From: Chloroflexota bacterium
GTDB taxonomy: Bacteria > Chloroflexota > Dehalococcoidia > UBA2979
Length of the DNA stretch: 14,121 nucleotides
Direction: 5' to 3'
NCBI GenBank assembly: GCA_027593235.1
Contig: JAQCIU010000057.1
Location: forward strand, 1-14,121
The stretch's first letter is position 1, and each line of letters begins with the position of its first letter. The position numbers were made by a program, and so were the translations under genes. A model generated the notes under the pieces. That model saw only the letters and a program-made list of their open reading frames with translations, did no database searches and was not told the DNA's origin. This document shows, piece by piece, positions 8,482-14,121 of this stretch.

Positions 8482-9827
8482 CTCGCGGGCACCTCGATCC
8501 GATCGAGCAGCGCCTGCGGCTCGTGGGTCCGTCCGCCGCGCACGACCACCTCGAGGCGGCGCGTGTCCTCGATGTGCGCGAGCGGGTCGCCGTCGATTAC
8601 CAGCAGGTCGGCTAGCTTGCCGGCCTCGAGCGTTCCGAGGTCGGCGTCGCGGCGCAGCACCTCGGCGGCAACGCGCGTCGCTCCGGCGAGCACGTCCGCG
8701 TTCGCGATCCCGCCCTCGACGAGCAACGCCAGCTCGCGGTGTAGCGAGAATCCCGGAACCTGCATCGGTGCCGCGCCGACATCCGTCGAGGGCACAACGA
8801 TCCCGCCGGCCGTATGCAGCCGCCGCAAGAACTCGAGCTGGTTCGCCTTCGCCGCCTGCCCGACCGCTTCGCTGATCTCGAGGTCGGGCGGGAGTTGCCC
8901 CGCTGCCAGCGCCGCCTCGCGCATCTGTCGGGTTTGCGCGATCCGCTCGGTCATGAAGCGTGGCCGGTAGCGCTGGCCCGGCTCGGACAACGCTTCGCTT
9001 GTCGCCCAGCCGCCTGTCAGCAGCACTGTCGTCGGCGAGAGCGCGACCCGGCGCTCGAACAGCAGATCGATGAACTCGCCGACGTACGGAGCATCGAGGT
9101 CCGCGTTCGCCCAGCCGAGGCAGAGCCAGCGCCAGTACTGCGGATTTGCGCCGTTGCCGTCCTCGCGGCCGTGCCGGTCCTCGGTCCTCGCGACGTCCTG
9201 GTAGGCGGTGGCGTGCACGTGTTCCAGGCAGTCGATACCGGCGCGAACGGCCTCGCTCGCCCAGGTACGCCCGAGGTGACCGGTGACCGGCACGCGCCCG
9301 TCAACGGCGCGCACCATCGCCTCGAGCAGGTCCGGGCGCAGTCCCGCGTACAGCTTGATCCCGTCGACTCCAGTCGCGATCAGCTCCTCGATCGCGGCAC
9401 GTCCCTGTTCTGCATCGCTCGAACTCCGGAGCAGCGCCATCCCCGGCGGAAAGATCGGCGGATCGCCATCGAGCAGCGGTCCATAGACGAACATGCGAGG
9501 CCCAACACGCTCCCCCGCCGCCAGCGCGTCCCGCATCGGCAACGAGGTGGTGATGTCGCTCCCGAGGTCCCGGACCGCCGTCACCCCGGCTCCGAGGAAC
9601 CCCAGCAGCGAGTCGTCGCCACAGAGCTGCACGTGCACGTGCATGTCGATCAACCCCGGCATCACAAACTTGCCCCGCGCATCAACCGTCTCGACCCCGT
9701 CCGGGATCTCGAGCCCAACCCCGATCCGCTCGATCCGGTCACCCGCGATCAGGATCGTGGCGCCGGGCCGCACCGCCGATCCGGTCCCATCCCAGACGTC
9801 CCCGCCCACGATCGCCAGCTCAGTCAT
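8478..9827 (-). CDS. Amidohydrolase family protein (metal-dependent hydrolase)
   Basis: PGLIDMHVH, GVTAVRDLGS, GIKLY (candidate carbamylated Lys), VTGH, LEHVH, STDVG and GTLEAGKLADLLVIDGDPL. Start ATG 9827 after RBS GGGAGGGG. Confidence 0.93.
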   Translation of the reverse strand: MTELAIVGGDVWDGTGSAVRPGATILIAGDRIERIGVGLEIPDGVETVDARGKFVMPGLIDMHVHVQLCGDDSLLGFLGAGVTAVRDLGSDITTSLPMRDALAAGERVGPRMFVYGPLLDGDPPIFPPGMALLRSSSDAEQGRAAIEELIATGVDGIKLYAGLRPDLLEAMVRAVDGRVPVTGHLGRTWASEAVRAGIDCLEHVHATAYQDVARTEDRHGREDGNGANPQYWRWLCLGWANADLDAPYVGEFIDLLFERRVALSPTTVLLTGGWATSEALSEPGQRYRPRFMTERIAQTRQMREAALAAGQLPPDLEISEAVGQAAKANQLEFLRRLHTAGGIVVPSTDVGAAPMQVPGFSLHRELALLVEGGIANADVLAGATRVAAEVLRRDADLGTLEAGKLADLLVIDGDPLAHIEDTRRLEVVVRGGRTHEPQALLDRIEVPAS

Positions 9828-9918
9828 CGCGCCCCTCCCAGTCCGCCGCTGCGCCCACGCTGCCAGAGCGGACGGCCTTCCAGCCATCGAACGACTGCGG
9901 ACGAGGCGCGAAGCGTCA

Positions 9919-10413
9919 TCAGGGCGTCGAAGACGCCCAGGAGAGGACCTGTCCGGCGCCCTGCAGCATCACCGAGCCCGGCATCACCCGGAGCCGGTAC
10001 GGCTCCAGTCGCAGCGCCGCGAACGAATCCGCCTCGGGGCTGGTCCAGGCCGGGATGATTGCCGGGTCGTAGCCCACCGGCGCCGGCGCCGTCTTGAATT
10101 TCTCCCACACCTCGCGGCGCGTATCGAGGTCGAACTGCCACTCGGCGTGGCACTCCGCGAGACAGGTGTCGTGGTTCGCCGCCCAATAGTTCACCGACAC
10201 GTTCGGCGTCTGCGCGAGGTGCGCCCGCTTGACCGGCGTCGGCCCCGTCGCGATCCAGCCCACGAGGTTCGCGCCGTCCCACTCCCAGATCGGGTGCAGC
10301 ACGCGCGAGCGGGGTCGCCCCTGCCGGTCCACCGTCGCCACCGAGGCCCAGACGATCTGGTGCGCCATCGCAACGAACGCCGGTGCAATCTCACCCAGTG
10401 CGGCCATCCCCAT
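9919..10413 (-). CDS. Pyridoxamine 5'-phosphate oxidase-like split-barrel flavin/deazaflavin-binding protein
   Basis: WASVATVDRQGRPRSRVLHP, KRAHLAQTPNVSVNYW and ALRLEPYRLRV. Start at 10413 or 10407. Confidence 0.85.
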   Translation of the reverse strand: MGMAALGEIAPAFVAMAHQIVWASVATVDRQGRPRSRVLHPIWEWDGANLVGWIATGPTPVKRAHLAQTPNVSVNYWAANHDTCLAECHAEWQFDLDTRREVWEKFKTAPAPVGYDPAIIPAWTSPEADSFAALRLEPYRLRVMPGSVMLQGAGQVLSWASSTP

Positions 10414-10552
10414 CGATCCTCTCCGCGCCGTGGTGAGGTCCCGCGGTCATCGGGAAATCCCTGACGCCCTCTCCACGGACGCACCTTACCCTCGCTGGTG
10501 ACTCGCCGGTTCCGGCTGCCGGCCGCGTGACGCTCTCAGGAAGCGACCCACT

Positions 10553-12174
10553 ATGGCGCAACGGCCCGGGCGATCCCCGCGACCTCGCCTCATCGACGTC
10601 GTCTATGACCGCCGTACGGTCTCCCTCGTCGTGCGCGCCCCCGAGGAGGATCAACCGGCGGCGACGGTCGATGACGCCCTCGCGGCCCTCGGTCGCACCC
10701 CTTGTCCCGCCGTACCCTCCGCGTTCCTCGCCGAAATCGTCGCCGCCTGCAGCGGTGAACCTGTCGAGGTCGGCGAAGTGCTGGTCCCCGCAGCAGCCGT
10801 CGCAGCCGACTGGTTCGTCGCCGTCTCCCCAGATCGGCTCGCCGCCTTCCTCGTGCCCGTCGACCCCGTCGAGGTCGCGCTGGAGCCGTCTGCGCAGCGG
10901 GAGGCTCCCGCCGTGTCTGCCGCGGAGCCCGCACCCGAAACTGGAGCCGACGCAGCAGCGGAACCCGAGCCGGAACCCGAACCGACCCCGCAGCCGATTC
11001 ACTTCGCGGACATCTCCAGCGCGCTCACGGCGGCCGGCGTCATCCAGGGCGTCCTTTCGGACGTCCTCACCTCCTTCGATCCGTCGCGCCTCCTCGAAAC
11101 CATCGAGTGCATCGCCCGTGGCATGCCCGCCGTCGAGGGCCGGAGCGGCATCGTTCGCGTCGCCATCGCGGACCGCGAAGACCACGCCCCCGTCACCCGC
11201 GACGACGGCACGGTCGACCACCACGCCACGCTCGCCGCCCGGTTCGTTCCGGCGGGCACCGTCATCGCGACGCGCGAACCTGCCGTGGAAGGGCTCCCCG
11301 GCGTCGATGTGTACGGACAGTCCGTTGCGCCACGCTCGATCGTCGATCCCGCGCTCGAGCCGCTCGCCGGCCAGAACACCGCGCTCCAGGGCAACTCCCT
11401 CGTCGCCACGAACCCGGGGCGCCCCGTCCGCAATGGCGAGCGCATCGACCTGCTGCCCTCGTACGAGGTGCCGGGCGACCTGAACTACGCGGTAGGCAGC
11501 ATCGAGTTCGAGGGCGATGTCACCATCCGCGGTGACGTCAAGGCGGGCTTCTCGGTCCTTGCCACCGGGTCAGTGATCGTCGGCGGCCTGATCGAGCACG
11601 CGGTCATCCGCGCCGGCCACGACATCACCGCCCTCGGCGTGATCGGCGATCACGATCACGACAACCTCGAAGGCGCCGCACCGGTTCCCCCCACCCTCGA
11701 GGCGGGTGGCGACATCGAGGTCCAATACCTCCACGCCGTGGTCGTCCAGGCCGGAGGCGAAATCCGCGTCAATCGTGAGATCGTGAACTGCTCCGTTCGT
11801 GCCGCGCGCGTCACCACCTCATCGCGTGCGCGCATCGTTGGCGGTCACGTCACCGCCGATACGGAATCTCCGCTGGATCGCTCGGCGCCCAGCGCGGCAC
11901 GACCACCCAGTTCCACATCGACGCCCACCGGTCGACGGACCCCCTCGTCATCCGTGCCGCCCAGGGTGTGCATGCTGGCGTCCGGCTCAACGTCAGCGGC
12001 GCCGTCATCAATATCAAGGACGATCTGCCCGCCTCGTCCTTCTGGCAGCTTGGCGGCGAACTGGTTCGCCTCGATCCACTCGCCACCCTCGAGGACGTCA
12101 TCGCTTTCGCCGAGGAGACCGGGCGGCACCCCCCGCTCCACGGAGCTTCCGAGGTCCAACGGCCCGCGGCCTGA
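10553..12174 (+). pseudogene. fapA: FapA / DUF342 family flagellar assembly protein, split by a 1-base frameshift at ~11866 (true pseudogene or sequencing error)
   Basis: VSPDRLAAF, IARGMPAVEGRSG, DDGTVDH, GLPGVDVYGQ, YEVPGDLNYAVGSIEFEGDVTIRGDVKAGFSV and RIVGGHV. The -1 frame continues ISAGSLGAQRGTTT...GVHAGVRLNV to TGA at 12174. Confidence 0.85.
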
Positions 12175-12203
12175 TCCAACCGCGCCCGCATACTGGCGAG
12201 GCG

Positions 12204-12731
12204 TCAGCCGGCAGTGCCGACCTGGGAAATCGCGCCCCGAATGTGCGCATCCTCGATGAACGGATCGCCTGCTTCTTCGCGGAGCTGCGCCGCTCTCGCC
12301 AGCACCTGTGCGCGGCTGATTCCCGTCGGCGGCTCCGTCGTCCATGCGACCAGGAGCAGCAGCACGCCGTTCGGATCCTCCAGGAACACCAGCCGCTCAT
12401 AGCCGCGGCGGATCTCCTCGGACCCATGCAAACCCGCGGCCGACAGCGAGAAGAACGCCTGATCCATGAACGCGCCGCTCACGCGCAGCGTCAGGTACTG
12501 CATTGAACCGACGCCCAGGCTCGCATCCGCCAGCTTCAGGTTCGGATCGGTCGGCCCGATCAGCATCAGGTAGTTCTCGTCGCCGACGTGGAGCAGCGCC
12601 TGCACCGACTCCGGGTCGTCGCGGTTCGGTTCCAGATACAGCGTCGTTGCGCCCAGCTTCCCGTAGAAGTCGAGCGACTCCTCCATGTTCTTCACGATGA
12701 TCGCCGGGTACCCGATGCCACTCAGCTCCAT
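12204..12731 (-). CDS. VOC (glyoxalase/bleomycin-resistance fold) family protein with C-terminal helical extension
   Basis: AIIVKNMEESLDFYGKLG, GVGSMQYLTLRV and LVFLEDPNGVLL. Start ATG 12731 after RBS GGAGAAGGA; 175 aa. Confidence 0.85.
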   Translation of the reverse strand: MELSGIGYPAIIVKNMEESLDFYGKLGATTLYLEPNRDDPESVQALLHVGDENYLMLIGPTDPNLKLADASLGVGSMQYLTLRVSGAFMDQAFFSLSAAGLHGSEEIRRGYERLVFLEDPNGVLLLLVAWTTEPPTGISRAQVLARAAQLREEAGDPFIEDAHIRGAISQVGTAG

Positions 12732-12878
12732 GCAGTGATCCTTCTCCGGTGCAGCCACCTCGGGACGGCCTGGCGCGGCGCACCGTAACGGCGTCGCCGG
12801 CACCTGCCCGCCGCACACCCTACCGAGGACCCGCCGCAGACGCTGCCGCACCCGTGCGCCCCTCCAGCGGCCGAGGGG

Positions 12879-12906
12879 TGAAGTCGCGATCCCGCTTCGT
12901 CGATAG
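12879..12906 (+). promoter_or_regulatory. Candidate sigma28 (FliA/SigD/WhiG)-type promoter
   Basis: TGAA (12879-12882) - N16 - GTCGATAG (12899-12906), compared with the consensus TAAA-N15/16-GCCGATAA. It points toward the lipoprotein gene. Confidence 0.35.
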
Positions 12907-12918
12907 TCGGAGTACTGG

Positions 12919-13025
12919 GGTCGACCCAAACGGTCGGCCGTAGGCGGGACATCGGGGGGTGAGCGTCACCCCTCGCGATCACCAGACGTCGCGCGGGACG
13001 CGCGACCGATGCGGCTGTGCGCCGC
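12919..13025 (+). other. Structured 5' leader with four consecutive hairpins
   Basis: Stems at 12919-12939 (8 bp, one G-U), 12953-12975 (10 bp, one G-U), 12988-13006 (8 bp perfect, GGA loop) and 13011-13025 (5 bp). Confidence 0.35.
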
Positions 13026-13063
13026 CCACCAGGGCGTCGTGTCGGCCCGGCGAGGGAGCCCGC

Positions 13064-13945
13064 ATGCCGATGCCACGCGTCTTTAAACCTCAACGCCCGC
13101 CTCGCGTCCGCCGGCTCCGCCGTGCTGCCGTCGGATCCGCCGCGGCCGCGCTACTGCTGTTCGGTGCCGCCTGTGCCACGACCTCCGACGCCGCGACCCG
13201 CACCGGTCAGGACGGCGGTCCCGCGGCCGACACCGTGGCCGCACTGGCCGGTTCTGAGCCGGGCGTCTCCTCCCAGGGCATCGTCGAGGGAGCCGTCTCC
13301 GCGGCACCCGCCGTCGAGGTCGCCGCACCACTCCCGGACTGGGTCGCCCGCCGCCTCGAGGCTGGCCCACCCACGCTCGCGCTCACCTCGCCGGCGCCGG
13401 GCGCTGTCTTTAGCGAGTCCTACGTCGTCTTCTCCGGTCAGGCAGCGCCGGGCTCGGTCGTTGCCGCCGGGCCCTTCCAGGACAAGGCTGACGCCTCCGG
13501 TTACTGGAGCATCGGCCTCGTGCTGACCGCCGGGCAGAACATCGCCACCTTCACCACCACCTCGGAAGAGGGCGAAGTGACGAAGGAATCGGTCACCGTC
13601 CACTTCAAGCCCACGTCCCAGGACAAGCACGGCTACGTCAAGGACGGGGAGCACAAGGACGGCGACTACGCCGACAAGAAGGACCACGTCGCTCCGGGCT
13701 TCCAGGCCTGGGAGAAGTACGGGTCGTGCGGCGATGACCTGCCTTATGACTACTACAAGGGCACCGCTGCTCCGGGCGCGGTGATCACGGTCAGCTCGCC
13801 CTACGGCAGCGGCACCGGCATCGCCGGGGACGATGGCTACTGGAAGATCAAGGTCACCTTTGAGGCTGCTCCCGTCGGAGAGCCCTTCACCGTCACGGTG
13901 TCGGACGGTACCGACGTGAAGACCTTCACCTTTACCCGCAAGTAG
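13064..13945 (+). CDS. Putative lipoprotein with two Ig-like beta-sandwich repeats
   Basis: RBS GAGGGAG then ATG 13064. Arg-rich N-region, hydrophobic AAAALLLF and lipobox-like GAAC (Cys37). Internal repeats SGQAAPGSVV...DASGYWSI and KGTAAPGAVI...GDDGYWKI. 293 aa. Confidence 0.8.
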   Translation: MPMPRVFKPQRPPRVRRLRRAAVGSAAAALLLFGAACATTSDAATRTGQDGGPAADTVAALAGSEPGVSSQGIVEGAVSAAPAVEVAAPLPDWVARRLEAGPPTLALTSPAPGAVFSESYVVFSGQAAPGSVVAAGPFQDKADASGYWSIGLVLTAGQNIATFTTTSEEGEVTKESVTVHFKPTSQDKHGYVKDGEHKDGDYADKKDHVAPGFQAWEKYGSCGDDLPYDYYKGTAAPGAVITVSSPYGSGTGIAGDDGYWKIKVTFEAAPVGEPFTVTVSDGTDVKTFTFTRK

Positions 13946-13957
13946 CACCCAACCTGT

Positions 13958-13988
13958 GGGCCGGCGGCGTACGCCCCGCCGTCGGCCC
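13958..13988. terminator. GC-rich hairpin after the lipoprotein stop (terminator- or REP-like)
   Basis: GGGCCGGCGGCG / CGCCGTCGGCCC 12-bp stem (one G-U) with a 7-nt loop, 12 nt after the TAG; no U-tract. Confidence 0.45.
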
Positions 13989-14121
13989 GCTCCAGAGCAT
14001 CCGGGTCGGCGGCTCGTTCCAGCTCGAGTCGTTGGCCCGCTCCAGAGCATCCGGGTCGGCGGCTCGTTCCAGCTCGAGTCGTGGGCCCGCTCCAGAGCAT
14101 TTGGGTCGGCGGCTCGTTCCA
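13981..14121. repeat. 50-bp direct tandem repeat, at least 2.8 copies, truncated by the window end
   Basis: Unit GTNGGCCCGCTCCAGAGCATCCGGGTCGGCGGCTCGTTCCAGCTCGAGTC starting at 13981, 14031 and 14081. It differs only at unit position 3 (C/T/G) and CC>TT at 14101-14102. Confidence 0.97.

Noticed and set aside
10441-10552. c-di-GMP riboswitch upstream of fapA
   Set aside because: Only a short GGACGCA match is present; the GCAAAC / GNRA tetraloop / GCAAAG architecture of the class I aptamer is missing.
11858-11870. Programmed -1 ribosomal frameshift in fapA
   Set aside because: There is no X XXY YYZ slippery site; a single-base deletion is the simpler explanation.
11867-12259. C-terminal 130 aa of the 568-aa ORF as a real domain
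   Set aside because: Out-of-frame read-through after the frameshift; the family-like sequence continues in the -1 frame.
12959-13063. Longer N-terminus for the lipoprotein (GTG 12959), and likewise for the VOC gene (12929)
   Set aside because: Downstream ATGs with clear RBSs (13064 and 12731) give sensible signal-peptide and domain starts.
13952-13961. ACCTGTGGGC shared between the 34-bp repeat and the start of the right-hand hairpin
   Set aside because: A 10-mer match is expected by chance in 14 kb of GC-rich DNA, and the alkA copy is constrained by coding (His-Leu-Trp-Ala).
13981-14121. CRISPR array at the right end
   Set aside because: The whole 50-bp period is repeated and there are no unique spacers.

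Overview
High-GC (roughly 70% by eye) bacterial chromosomal segment carrying mostly metabolic and stress genes: an acyl-CoA dehydrogenase, a Ca2+/cation antiporter, a divergent ogt / ada-alkA alkylation-repair pair, msrA with a Gfo/Idh/MocA oxidoreductase, an LLM-class oxidoreductase, an amidohydrolase, a PNPOx-like split-barrel protein, a frameshifted FapA/DUF342 gene, an atypical VOC protein and an Ig-repeat lipoprotein. The gene mix suggests Dehalococcoidia-like Chloroflexota or Acidimicrobiia (inference only). Unusual structure: (i) the first ~200 bp is a ~48% GC segment abutting what appears to be a 5'-truncated gene; (ii) the last 34 bp of alkA, stop codon included, are triplicated; (iii) fapA has a single-base frameshift; (iv) the VOC protein has lost all four canonical metal ligands and carries an extra helical tail; (v) a sigma28-like promoter and a multi-hairpin leader precede the lipoprotein; (vi) a 50-bp tandem array runs off the right edge. 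I see no CRISPR array, rRNA, tRNA or transposase, and no clear-cut novel multi-gene system. The best candidate is the fapA / pseudo-VOC / sigma28-lipoprotein cluster at the right end.
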